From assembly GCF_025999095.1 (NCBI RefSeq), contig NZ_AP024678.1, positions 649,527 through 713,526 of the forward strand: 64,000 nucleotides of DNA, written 5' to 3'. Below are positions 32,957 to 42,285 of the stretch, one piece after another. A program made the translations under genes and the position numbers. Origin of the DNA: Thermosynechococcus sp. (GTDB taxonomy: Bacteria; Cyanobacteriota; Cyanobacteriia; Thermosynechococcales; Thermosynechococcaceae). Positions within the stretch are counted from its first letter, which is position 1. Every line of letters starts with the position of its first letter. The notes beneath the pieces are model-generated. The model made no database searches and had not been told where the DNA came from. It saw nothing but the letters and a program-made list of their open reading frames with translations.

Positions 32957-34009
32957 CTAATTGCGCTGCCGCATGGCATCTCGGACTTTGGTTTCCCCTG
33001 TGGGGTTATTTTGCTCACGGTAGAGCTTCAAAGCCACTTGATAGGCACGGCGGGCCTCCTGCTGCCGCCCTTGGGCTGCCAAGGCTTTCCCCAGGCGGTA
33101 AAATCCTTCGGGATCCTTGGGGTTGATCTGCGTGGCTTGACGATAAATCGCCGCCGCTTCCAGGGGATGATTTTGCTGCATTAACAGCTCACCAAAACTG
33201 AAGTAAGTGGCGACCCGTTCCGGTTGCAGGGTGATCAGGCGGCGGTAGGCTTGAATCGCTCGCTCGGGTTGATTTGCCGCCGCGGCCAGTTCGGCCACCT
33301 GTTGGAGTAGATCCGCATCCCGCTGACCCAAGTTAGCAGCGCGATCAATTGCCTGCCAGCCATTGCGCGGATCGCCGGCCGCAAGAAGTGCCATTCCTAA
33401 ATTGAGTTGAATTGAGGCATTGCCAGGGGCGAGGGCTGCCGCCTGTTGCAGACGACTGAGGGCTTCAGGAATATTGCGTTGTTGCAGCAGCAAAACGCCT
33501 AATCCCTTTTGAGCTGTCCAATTGCGGGGGGCAAGACGGAGGGCGGCGCGGTAGGCCTGTATGGCACCTTGGGGATCTCCCATGCGGACGAGAATCACCG
33601 CCAGTCCTTCATAGGCTTGAGGATTACGGTTATTCAGGCGGATGGCTTGGCGGTAGGCGGCAGCAGCACCGTCATTTTCCCCCATCATTCCCAGACTATA
33701 GCCTAGGGCATAGTAAAAATCAGCGTTTTGTGGATCCAACTCAATCGCGCGTTGGTAAGCACGGGCAGCTTCGGCAAATTGGCCCTGCTGGGCATAGATG
33801 TAGCCAATGGCAGAATGCACGCGGGGATTACGGCTCTCACTCTGGAGCAGTTGCTGATAAATGGCCAAGGCTTGGGCATAGTTTCCTCCTGCCACTAGCC
33901 GCTGCCCTTCCTGCATCAGCTGGCTCACTTGGCTATTGGCGTGGACCGGCGATGCCACCCAAAGGCTAAGACTGGCAATACTAGCCCACAAAAGGGAATT
34001 GCAGCGCAT
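32957..34009 (-). CDS. secreted tetratricopeptide (TPR) repeat protein
   Basis: Signal peptide MRCNSLLWASIASLSLWVASPVHA followed by about nine 34-aa TPR units (A..Y..AL.L.P.N). Confidence 0.85.
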   Translation of the reverse strand: MRCNSLLWASIASLSLWVASPVHANSQVSQLMQEGQRLVAGGNYAQALAIYQQLLQSESRNPRVHSAIGYIYAQQGQFAEAARAYQRAIELDPQNADFYYALGYSLGMMGENDGAAAAYRQAIRLNNRNPQAYEGLAVILVRMGDPQGAIQAYRAALRLAPRNWTAQKGLGVLLLQQRNIPEALSRLQQAAALAPGNASIQLNLGMALLAAGDPRNGWQAIDRAANLGQRDADLLQQVAELAAAANQPERAIQAYRRLITLQPERVATYFSFGELLMQQNHPLEAAAIYRQATQINPKDPEGFYRLGKALAAQGRQQEARRAYQVALKLYREQNNPTGETKVRDAMRQRN

Positions 34010-34200
34010 TGTGAGTGAGTCCTCCTCGCAAACGTTAACCCCAACTTAACGGTTGTTTACAGCTCCCTTAAGAGATACTGCAAATTCCGCCAAGGGCGAT
34101 CGCCAAGGGTTAAGAGATCTAGTTAAAGCAAACCAAGGGTCTATTCTGGACAATTTTGACCCCCATGGCAAATCAGGCGAATTAGTAAGGTAGGTGTCCG

Positions 34201-36195
34201 ATGGCGAGACGATGCAACATTGCCCTGGTGGGCAACTACAACAGTGGCAAAACCACCCTCGCAGAAAGTATTTTGCGCCTTACCCACGCCACCAACGGGA
34301 AAGCCAGTAGTCTTCTGGATACCAGTCCTGAGGCGCGCGATCGCCGGATGGGCGTGGAACTGAATGTTGTCCATACCCAGTATGGGGAGCTAGACCTCAC
34401 CCTTCTCGACTGTCCCGGCTCAGTGGAATTGCTCCAAGAAACCCTCAATGCTCTTGTGGGTGTGGACATGGCGATCGTGGTCTGTGAACCCCTTAGCGAT
34501 CGCGCCTTTACCCTAACCCCCCTATTCAAATTCCTCGATGACTGGCAAATTCCCCATATCCTTTTTCTCAACAAGATGGAGCGTGCCCATGATCCCTACA
34601 TGGAGATTCTAGCCGCCTATCGCCAAGTGTCCAGCCGTCCCCTTGTGCCCCACCAGTACCCCATTTGGCAGGGGGATGATCTCTTGGGCTACATTGACTT
34701 GGTGACGGAGCAGGCCTATCACTACCATGCGGGGGCAGCGGCGGACTTAGTCCCTTTTCCTTCGGAGTTACAAGCCGTCGAACAGGCGGCACGGGCAGAG
34801 CTACTGGAGGCTCTGGCCAACTACGATGATCACCTCCTCGAAGAACTCCTGGAGGATATGGCGCCACCGGAAAGTGAAATCATAGCGGATTTGCGCTGGG
34901 AGTTGGGAGCCGACTTAATTGTGCCCGTCTTTTTTGGCAGTGCCCAAACGGACTATGGTGTCCGTCCCCTCTTGGCAGCCCTCGATCGCGAAGCCCCCGA
35001 GGCCACAGCAACCGCTGCCCATCGCCAGATTAACGGTGAGGAGCCTCTCGCCCAAGTGCTCAAGACGTTCTATGTCCCCCAAGGAGGTGGCAAACTCTCC
35101 CTTGTGCGGGTCTGGCAGGGCACCTTGACCGATGGCATGGGCTTGAATGGGGTGCGCGTGGGTGGCATCTACCGTGCCCAGGGCACGCAATTAGAATCCC
35201 TGGGGCAAGCAACGGCGGGTGAGGTTGTCCTATTGGCACGACTGGAGGGCATTCGTACAGGTGAGACCCTCAGTGGTAGTGGTCAGGTACCGCCTTTGCC
35301 CTGTGCACCGCAACTGGAACCGGTCTATGCCCTGGCCATTACTCCCAGTAAACGGAGTGACGAGGTGAAGCTCACTGGCGCGCTGCAAAAACTCCTTGAG
35401 GAAGACCCGGCGCTGCGTTGGGAACAGCATGGCGATACCCATGAAATTATTCTCTGGGGACAGGGGGACATTCACTTGCAGATTGCCCTCGATCGCCTGC
35501 GTCGCAAATATAACCTACCGATGCAAACCCATCTACCCCAAGTCCCCTACAGGGAAACCATTCGCCGGGGTATCAAAAACAGCCATGGCCGCTATAAACA
35601 TCAAACCGGTGGCCACGGCCAATTTGGGGATGTATACCTCGATATCGCTCCCCTAGAGCGCGGCAGCGGCTTCCAATTTAGTGAAACCATTGTCGGCGGT
35701 GTTGTTCCCAAGCAATATATCCCCGGTGTTGAGCAGGGGGTGCGCGAATCGCTGAACCAAGGTCCCTTGGGGTTTCCGATTGTGGATGTGGCCGTTACCC
35801 TCACCAATGGCTCTTACCACTCCGTGGATAGCTCTGAGCAAGCCTTTCGCCAAGCAGCCCGCCTCGCTATGCAAGCGGGAATTCCCCAGTGTGAACCGCA
35901 ACTCCTCGAACCGATCATGGCGGTGCAGGTGTGGATGCCCCAAGCCTTTACCGCTAAGGTGATGCAGGCTTTGACAGGGCGGCGCGGTCAGGTTTTGGGC
36001 TACAGCGGTAAGGAGGGTTGGCCCGGTTGGGAGGAGATTCAGGCCTACTTGCCTCAAGCGGAAATGCATGACTTTGTGGTGGAGTTGCGATCGCTGACCA
36101 TGGGCACGGGTGGCTTCCATTGGCACTTTGACCATCTTCAGGAAGTACCGGAGAAACTGGCCGCGATGATTGTCCAGCGCCACAAAAACGCCTAG
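34201..36195 (+). CDS. elongation factor G-like GTPase (EF-G paralog)
   Basis: G1 VGNYNSGKTTL, G3 DCPG, G4 NKMER, and EF-G domains II-V (HGRYKHQTGGHGQFGDVYLDI, GSYHSVDSSEQAF). 664 aa. Confidence 0.8.
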   Translation: MARRCNIALVGNYNSGKTTLAESILRLTHATNGKASSLLDTSPEARDRRMGVELNVVHTQYGELDLTLLDCPGSVELLQETLNALVGVDMAIVVCEPLSDRAFTLTPLFKFLDDWQIPHILFLNKMERAHDPYMEILAAYRQVSSRPLVPHQYPIWQGDDLLGYIDLVTEQAYHYHAGAAADLVPFPSELQAVEQAARAELLEALANYDDHLLEELLEDMAPPESEIIADLRWELGADLIVPVFFGSAQTDYGVRPLLAALDREAPEATATAAHRQINGEEPLAQVLKTFYVPQGGGKLSLVRVWQGTLTDGMGLNGVRVGGIYRAQGTQLESLGQATAGEVVLLARLEGIRTGETLSGSGQVPPLPCAPQLEPVYALAITPSKRSDEVKLTGALQKLLEEDPALRWEQHGDTHEIILWGQGDIHLQIALDRLRRKYNLPMQTHLPQVPYRETIRRGIKNSHGRYKHQTGGHGQFGDVYLDIAPLERGSGFQFSETIVGGVVPKQYIPGVEQGVRESLNQGPLGFPIVDVAVTLTNGSYHSVDSSEQAFRQAARLAMQAGIPQCEPQLLEPIMAVQVWMPQAFTAKVMQALTGRRGQVLGYSGKEGWPGWEEIQAYLPQAEMHDFVVELRSLTMGTGGFHWHFDHLQEVPEKLAAMIVQRHKNA

Positions 36196-37040
36196 GCGAC
36201 TCCTTGAGCCGCCTTGGCCTGCAATTCCTGAAGTCGTGTGGCCATAATCTCCTGAATCTGCGCCTGCTGCTGGCGATCGCCCTCATCAAGGTCATCGGCC
36301 ACAGTGCCGGGAGCGGCTTGGAATTTCTTGAGTTGACGGTCAAAGAAACTATTGGGAAAACGGCGGTACTCAACGGTCCGCTGCTCGAGGCGGGCGGTGT
36401 GGCAAAACTGGTGCAACCAATAGGCATAGGCCACATCCTCAGCCCCATAGCGAAATTGGCGAAACACCTCATCCTCTGGAAAGCCGCCAATAAACTCATG
36501 GACTTCGCGGCGCACAGCCAGATTGAGCACCAAGGTTTGCTCGAGGCTCTTGTGCCAGTAGGGATGCAGGCGATCGCGACAATAGACCCCCGTGCGCACC
36601 GCCCCAAAATAGGCCGGGGCATAGGGTTCCGGCAAGGGCTGATTCAACACCGACAAGGCCAAAAACAGGTGCTCAGGGCGGTACAGATCATCGGCATCAC
36701 AAAAAAAAATCACCTCCCCTTTGGCTAAGCGCACCCCAATGTTCCGCGCTGCCGCAATCCCAACATTTGTCGGCAGGCCCACCAATTGCAGAGGGACAGC
36801 ATTCGGCCATCCTGCCATCGCCACATCGCAGGTGCGATCCGTTGAACCATCGCTAATCAGGATGAATTCCCCCTCAGGGGCGTAGGGGAAGTGCTGTTGG
36901 AGGTAGCGGCAACTGGCAGCAATGCTCTCAAGGGTTTCGCGAAAGATTGTTTCGCCTCGCTGGGTTACCACATTATAGGCGGGCATCACAATCGAGAAGG
37001 AACGCAGGCCAGCAAGTTTCACAGCACCTTCCTCAGTCAC
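36192..37040 (-). CDS. family-2 glycosyltransferase
   Basis: FSIVMPAYN...LISDGSTDRT...CDADD (the DxD motif). Confidence 0.8.
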   Translation of the reverse strand: MTEEGAVKLAGLRSFSIVMPAYNVVTQRGETIFRETLESIAASCRYLQQHFPYAPEGEFILISDGSTDRTCDVAMAGWPNAVPLQLVGLPTNVGIAAARNIGVRLAKGEVIFFCDADDLYRPEHLFLALSVLNQPLPEPYAPAYFGAVRTGVYCRDRLHPYWHKSLEQTLVLNLAVRREVHEFIGGFPEDEVFRQFRYGAEDVAYAYWLHQFCHTARLEQRTVEYRRFPNSFFDRQLKKFQAAPGTVADDLDEGDRQQQAQIQEIMATRLQELQAKAAQGVA

Positions 37041-37093
37041 TCGCCCTCATTTTCTCCCTAGGCGGGGCTTCGATGCAAAAATTTCCCGAGGTG

Positions 37094-37123
37094 TTGACAA
37101 ACCCTCCGGGTATTCGCTACATT
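37094..37123 (+). promoter_or_regulatory. candidate sigma-70 promoter of tRNA-Glu
   Basis: TTGACA (37094-37099), an 18-nt spacer, then TACATT (37118-37123). This sits about 18 nt upstream of the mature tRNA 5' end. Confidence 0.4.
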
Positions 37124-37140
37124 AACTAATGCTGAGTCTT

Positions 37141-37213
37141 GCCCCCATCGTCTAGTGGCCTAGGACACCTCCCTTTCACGGAGGCGACGGGGATTCGAAT
37201 TCCCCTGGGGGTA
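37141..37213 (+). tRNA. trnE: tRNA-Glu (anticodon UUC)
   Basis: GCCCCCATCGTCTAGTGGCCTAGGACACCTCCCTTTCACGGAGGCGACGGGGATTCGAATTCCCCTGGGGGTA. It has a 7-bp acceptor stem, the anticodon loop CTTTCAC and a GGATTCGAATCC-type T arm, and is nearly identical in form to plastid trnE. CCA is not encoded. Confidence 0.95.
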
Positions 37214-37317
37214 TCCCACACTGGCAACCTCACATGAACGACTCGAACGGTGGATAGGTGATTCGCCGCTCGCCCGCCAAAGTGCCACAATACGGAAAGT
37301 AGTGCAGGAGACAAAGG

Positions 37318-38481
37318 ATGGACTGGGCAACGCGGGTGATGCGGGTCACACCGTCGGTAACGCTGGCGATTGATGCCAAAGCCAAGGCAATGCGGGCGGC
37401 TGGCGAAGATGTCTGTAGCTTCAGTGCAGGCGAACCCGACTTTGACACCCCTGCCCACATTCGTGAGGCTGTGAAAACAGCTCTCGATCAAGGTAAAACT
37501 CGCTATGGTCCGGCGGCAGGGGAACCGGCTCTGCGGCAGGCGATCGCCACCAAGCTCAACAGCGACAACCACCTCCCCTATCGTGCGGAAAACATCCTCG
37601 TCACCAATGGCGGCAAGCAGGCCCTCTTTAACCTGATGCTGGCCCTGATTAACCCCGGCGATGAGGTGATTATTCCTGCCCCCTACTGGGTGAGTTATCC
37701 AGAGATGGTGCATCTAGCCAGTGGCACGCCAGTGATTGTGGCAACCACGCCAGAAACGGGTTATCGGATTACCCCTGCTCAACTGGAGGAGGCGATTACG
37801 CCGAAGACACGGCTCTTTGTCCTCAATTCCCCCAGTAACCCCACGGGCATGGTCTATACACCTGAGGAAATTCGGGAGCTGGCGGCAGTGGTTGTGCGGC
37901 ATCAACTGTGGGTCGTTTCTGATGAAATTTACGAAAAAATTCTCTACGATGGTGCCCAACACCTGAGCATTGGCGCGGTCAGTGGGGCCGCCTTTGAGCG
38001 CACCATTGTTTGCAGTGGCTTTGCCAAGGCCTATGCCATGACCGGTTGGCGGGTGGGCTATCTAGCAGGGGCAACGGAGATTATTAAAGTGGCAACCAAA
38101 ATTCAGAGCCACAGCACCTCAAATGTGTGTACATTTGCCCAGTATGGTGCCCTTGCTGCCCTAGAAGGAAGCCAAGCCTGTGTGGCCGAGATGGTGGCGG
38201 CATTTCGCGAGCGCCGTGCCTGTATGTATAAAGGCATTTCTGAGATTCCGCGGCTGCGCTGTCTCAAACCCCAGGGCGCCTTTTATCTGTTTGTCGATAT
38301 TAGCGAAACTGGCTTAAGTTCGGTGGAATTTTGCGATCGCCTGCTGGAGGAGGAAAAAGTGGCCGCCGTCCCCGGTAAGGCCTTTGGCATGGATGACCAC
38401 ATTCGCCTCTCCTACGCCACAGGTCTGGCCACCATTGAAAAAGGTTTAAGCCGACTGGCAAAATTTGTTGCGCGGCTCTAA
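37318..38481 (+). CDS. pyridoxal-phosphate-dependent aminotransferase, class I (aspartate aminotransferase-like)
   Basis: [39 protein letters not shown]...NSPSNPTG...[16 protein letters not shown] (the PLP-Lys context). Confidence 0.88.
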   Translation: MDWATRVMRVTPSVTLAIDAKAKAMRAAGEDVCSFSAGEPDFDTPAHIREAVKTALDQGKTRYGPAAGEPALRQAIATKLNSDNHLPYRAENILVTNGGKQALFNLMLALINPGDEVIIPAPYWVSYPEMVHLASGTPVIVATTPETGYRITPAQLEEAITPKTRLFVLNSPSNPTGMVYTPEEIRELAAVVVRHQLWVVSDEIYEKILYDGAQHLSIGAVSGAAFERTIVCSGFAKAYAMTGWRVGYLAGATEIIKVATKIQSHSTSNVCTFAQYGALAALEGSQACVAEMVAAFRERRACMYKGISEIPRLRCLKPQGAFYLFVDISETGLSSVEFCDRLLEEEKVAAVPGKAFGMDDHIRLSYATGLATIEKGLSRLAKFVARL

Positions 38482-38560
38482 GCCTATAGCCGCGCCATCG
38501 GCAACGGAAACCCTGGCATCCCTGGCGCGTCAGCGGCCAAGAGCAGCGGCGAGGGATGGC

Positions 38561-38610
38561 AATTTAGTATTTAGTTAGTATTTAGATTAGTAACGAGTAT
38601 TTAGTAATGA
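38561..38610. repeat. AT-rich patch with three direct copies of AGTATTTAG
   Basis: The copies are at 38566-38574, 38577-38585 and 38596-38604, in the spacer between two convergent genes. Confidence 0.6.
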
Positions 38611-38774
38611 CATCTGTAGCAATTGGAATAACACTAAGATCTACTGTAGGAGCAGTTCCCGCGAGGGGAGGGGCGGCAATGCACACCAAAGACCCCGCTC
38701 CCCCATTAGCGGCACATCGTGGACAGTGGTTGATGGCAGAACAGACCCTGTTAAAGTGCTGAGAGTTACAGTGC

Positions 38775-39671
38775 TTAGAGGCGGTCTTTTATGTATTTCC
38801 ACGCTAGCTTAGCGGCACCAACCATCCCCGCCTGATTCCCAAGGGTGGCTCGCAAACAGTGGAGGTTATGGCGCGAGGTGGGCAGCACCCGCTCTTCCAA
38901 TTCAGCAAGCATCGAGGGAAAGAAGAGATCACTGGCGGCACTAATCCCCCCACCAATAATCACTGCTTCCGGGGTGAGCACATACACAAGGCTAGCAATG
39001 CCAGCGGCTAGTTCGCGGCCATAGGTTTGCCAGAGGGCGATCGCCTCCGGATCGCCATTGCTGGCACGCTCTGCCATCTCATGGGGTTCACAGCCCCAAC
39101 GCCGCCGCAGGGCTTGGGCGGAAACGTGTTGCTCAAGGGAACCGCGATTGCCACTGTTGCAGGGAGGCCCGTTGTAGTCGAGGGTAATCAGCCCCAACTC
39201 GCCGGCGGTGCCATCGCGACCAACGAACAACTCCCCATTGAGGATAATGGCGCCCCCTACCCCCGTCCCCAACGTGAGCAAAATTAAATCCTTGAACTGA
39301 CTCCCTGCGCCTAGCCATGCTTCCCCGAGGCCAGCACAGTTGGCATCGTTGGCAATGACTGTGGGTTTGCCCGTCAAGTGTTCGAGGTTGTCGCTAATAG
39401 GCACTTCGTACCAGTCCAGGTTGATGGCACGGCGGGCAATGCGACCGCTGGCGTCTACCGGTCCTGGGATGCCCATACCAATGGCCAACGCCCGATCCTC
39501 ACTGTCCAGTTCTTTAATCCCCTGCAAAATGGCTTTGATCACCCGTTCTGGAAAAGGGGGCTGAGGGGTGGGCAACACCAGGGAATGGTGACAATTGCCT
39601 TTAGAACTAAAACACCCCATTTTGATGGCAGTGCCACCCAGATCAACGCCAATAACGTAGGATTCACTCAC
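38775..39671 (-). CDS. ROK-family sugar kinase (glucokinase-like)
   Basis: IGVDLGGTAIKMG...NDANCAGLGE...GTGVGGAII, plus the ROK Cys/His region PCNSGNRGSLEQH. Confidence 0.85.
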   Translation of the reverse strand: MSESYVIGVDLGGTAIKMGCFSSKGNCHHSLVLPTPQPPFPERVIKAILQGIKELDSEDRALAIGMGIPGPVDASGRIARRAINLDWYEVPISDNLEHLTGKPTVIANDANCAGLGEAWLGAGSQFKDLILLTLGTGVGGAIILNGELFVGRDGTAGELGLITLDYNGPPCNSGNRGSLEQHVSAQALRRRWGCEPHEMAERASNGDPEAIALWQTYGRELAAGIASLVYVLTPEAVIIGGGISAASDLFFPSMLAELEERVLPTSRHNLHCLRATLGNQAGMVGAAKLAWKYIKDRL

Positions 39672-41038
39672 AGAGATTTTGTTTGTCTCAATTGCAGGCG
39701 ATCGCGGGCATCGTCGCCCAGTTGAATCGTCACATCCGATGCTAGCATACCCGTACTCTCCACCCGCACTTCTCCAAACCCCAGCAATAACTGTACTCGA
39801 CGCGCTGCCGCCAAGTCCCCCTGCTGAGCGATGATCCGCGTAATTGGGATCGGTTGGGGGAATGGCTCCGCTACTAAGGGATAGGGGTAACCAGCGGTTG
39901 CCAGTTGCTCACTCAGATGCGTGACTAATGATTCTGGCAGGGTAGTATTTTGAATGGCAATCCGCACTTGGGCAGGGGAGGTCAAACCCGTCTCGCGCCG
40001 ATCAGCAGTAGGGGTATCACGGAAATATTGATCCGTTAGCCAAGCAATCCGTTGGTAATTGGGCAACCAATAGCTCACTGCCACTTCATCAGTGCTGCCA
40101 TTAAAGTTCCCCGGCAGCAGCAGAAACTGTACCCGCGATCGCGGCAAGCTGGTCAGGAATTGGCCCAGGCTCATCAGTTCTGCAACTGTTAAATTCGTAT
40201 CCAAGTTTTCGCGAATAATACTAAGAATTTGGGGAGTACGGGCAAGGGTTTCCGGGCGAGCCGTTTGCTCCATCAATGCCCGCAAAAACATCTGTTGTCG
40301 CTGCACACGGCCAATATCGCCAAGGGCATCGTAGCGAAAGCGCAGAAATTGCAGGGCTTGGTTGCCATTCAGGTGTTGTCGTCCGGCTTGCAAATCAATA
40401 CGGAGGCGCTGACTCTCATCGCGATAGCGCATAGCTATGGGCACATCCACGGTCACACCCCCAAGGGCATCAATGAGTTTCTCGATTCCTTGAACATTAA
40501 TGCGCAAATAGCGATCGATGGGCACATTTCCCAACAGCTCACTGACGGTTGCTGCCGCCAACGCTGGCCCCCCAAGGGCATTGGCTTCGTTGATTTTGGC
40601 ATCGCCGCGGCCGGGAATAAAGGTCAGCGTATCGCGGGGAATTGACAGTATCACTAAACGTTGCTGCACTGGGTCAAGGCGCACCAGTAGAAGTGAGTCC
40701 GATAGCCCCTCAACGGAATTAACTAGGGCATGGTAGGTCAGGTTGGGGTCGGGGGGGTGATCTAAGTCGGAGGTTAAGACCTTAGAGCCAATGAGCAATA
40801 AATTTAGCGGCTGATGGAGCCTTGTCCCCGTCCAGCGATCGCCCCCTTGAAACGCCTGCCACTCCTGACTGCTGAGTGATCGCTGCATGAGCGGTGTGCT
40901 CTGACTGAGTAGCCCCCAGAGTGCTCCTAGGCTGCCGGAGATCAAGGCCACCCCTAGCCACAACACCAATCGCCAAAATAAGACTCCTTCTTCAGGCGGA
41001 GCCGGTTGTCGTCGGCGTTGCCATCGAATAAATACCAT
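39668..41038 (-). CDS. LytR-CpsA-Psr (LCP) family protein with a C-terminal LytR_C-like domain
   Basis: An N-terminal TM segment, then LNLLLIGSK...SDSLLLVRLDP...ILSIPRDT...INEA...RFRYDALGDIGRVQRQQ. Its stop overlaps the ROK kinase start by 4 nt. Confidence 0.8.
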   Translation of the reverse strand: MVFIRWQRRRQPAPPEEGVLFWRLVLWLGVALISGSLGALWGLLSQSTPLMQRSLSSQEWQAFQGGDRWTGTRLHQPLNLLLIGSKVLTSDLDHPPDPNLTYHALVNSVEGLSDSLLLVRLDPVQQRLVILSIPRDTLTFIPGRGDAKINEANALGGPALAAATVSELLGNVPIDRYLRINVQGIEKLIDALGGVTVDVPIAMRYRDESQRLRIDLQAGRQHLNGNQALQFLRFRYDALGDIGRVQRQQMFLRALMEQTARPETLARTPQILSIIRENLDTNLTVAELMSLGQFLTSLPRSRVQFLLLPGNFNGSTDEVAVSYWLPNYQRIAWLTDQYFRDTPTADRRETGLTSPAQVRIAIQNTTLPESLVTHLSEQLATAGYPYPLVAEPFPQPIPITRIIAQQGDLAAARRVQLLLGFGEVRVESTGMLASDVTIQLGDDARDRLQLRQTKSL

Positions 41039-41237
41039 TGCCGCGCCACCCTAAAATTCCCTTAAGCCTACCATAGAGCTCTTTTCTCCTAGGACATCCA
41101 TCAAGGGTCTTCGACAGGGAGTTGCACCCTTTGGTGTCTATCTCGTCCCCATAAAAGGAACTGTCAACAAGTTGGCAGCATACAATACTTAAATACCACT
41201 CAAATATCCAACCGATCAGGAACTGATTGCGGCCAAC

Positions 41238-42248
41238 ATGCAATTTATTGACCTTGCAGAAATTCACGTCAAAGCCGGCAAAGGGGGTGACGGCATGATT
41301 GCCTTTCGCCGTGAAAAGTATGTGCCTGCAGGGGGACCATCGGGGGGCAATGGTGGCAATGGTGGCTCGGTGATTCTGAAGGCAGTCTCCAATTTACAAA
41401 CGCTGCTGGACTTTCGCTATGCCCATGTTTTCAAGGCAGAAAATGGCCAACGGGGCGGCCCAAATAACCGTACCGGTGCCTGTGGTGCAGATTTAGTGAT
41501 TGAGGTGCCCTGCGGCACAATGGTCTGGGATTCAGAAACCGGGGAATTGCTGGGAGACCTTACGACCCCTGGTCAAACGCTGCTAGTGGCTAGGGGAGGC
41601 AAAGGGGGGTTAGGGAATAAGCACTTCCTCAGCAATCATCAGCGGGCACCCGACTATGCCCTACCGGGCTTGGAGGGGGAAGAGCGGCATCTCCGCCTAG
41701 AACTGAAGCTACTGGCCGAAGTGGGCATTATTGGCCTACCTAACGCGGGCAAGTCCACCCTGATTTCAGTCCTGTCCGCAGCGCGACCCAAAATTGCCGA
41801 TTATCCCTTTACAACCTTGGTGCCCAATTTAGGAGTTGTCCGCCAACCCAATGGTGACGGTACTGTCTTTGCCGATATTCCCGGTCTGATTGCCGGTGCC
41901 CATGCGGGGCTGGGGCTCGGCCATGAGTTTCTCCGCCATATTGAGCGCACCCGTCTGCTGCTGCACTTGATTGATGCCACAGTTGAGGATGTGGTGGCTG
42001 CCTACCAAACGATTCGCGATGAGTTGGTGGCCTACGGGCACGGCTTGGGCGATCGCCCCCAAATCGTGGCTTTGAATAAAATTGATGCCCTAGAGGCCTC
42101 GCAAATCACGACTATTCAAGAGACCCTCGCTGCCTACGTGGGTCAACGGGTTTTTGCCATCTCGGCGGTAGCTCGTCAGGGGTTAGAGCCTCTCTTAGAG
42201 GCTGTTTGGCAGGAACTGGGGGTCAGCGTTTCCCAGCAGTATTCTTAA
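41238..42248 (+). CDS. obg: GTPase ObgE/CgtA
   Basis: [47 protein letters not shown] plus the G domain [16 protein letters not shown] and NKID. Confidence 0.97.
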   Translation: MQFIDLAEIHVKAGKGGDGMIAFRREKYVPAGGPSGGNGGNGGSVILKAVSNLQTLLDFRYAHVFKAENGQRGGPNNRTGACGADLVIEVPCGTMVWDSETGELLGDLTTPGQTLLVARGGKGGLGNKHFLSNHQRAPDYALPGLEGEERHLRLELKLLAEVGIIGLPNAGKSTLISVLSAARPKIADYPFTTLVPNLGVVRQPNGDGTVFADIPGLIAGAHAGLGLGHEFLRHIERTRLLLHLIDATVEDVVAAYQTIRDELVAYGHGLGDRPQIVALNKIDALEASQITTIQETLAAYVGQRVFAISAVARQGLEPLLEAVWQELGVSVSQQYS

Positions 42249-42285
42249 TTGCGACGGGTGCGGTTGAGGAACTACCGAGGAAAAA

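Noticed and set aside
38482-38545. Possible terminator hairpin CGCGCCA...TGGCGCG after the aminotransferase gene
   Set aside because: The 7-bp stem encloses a loop of about 25 nt and is not followed by a T-tract, so it is not convincing as an intrinsic terminator.
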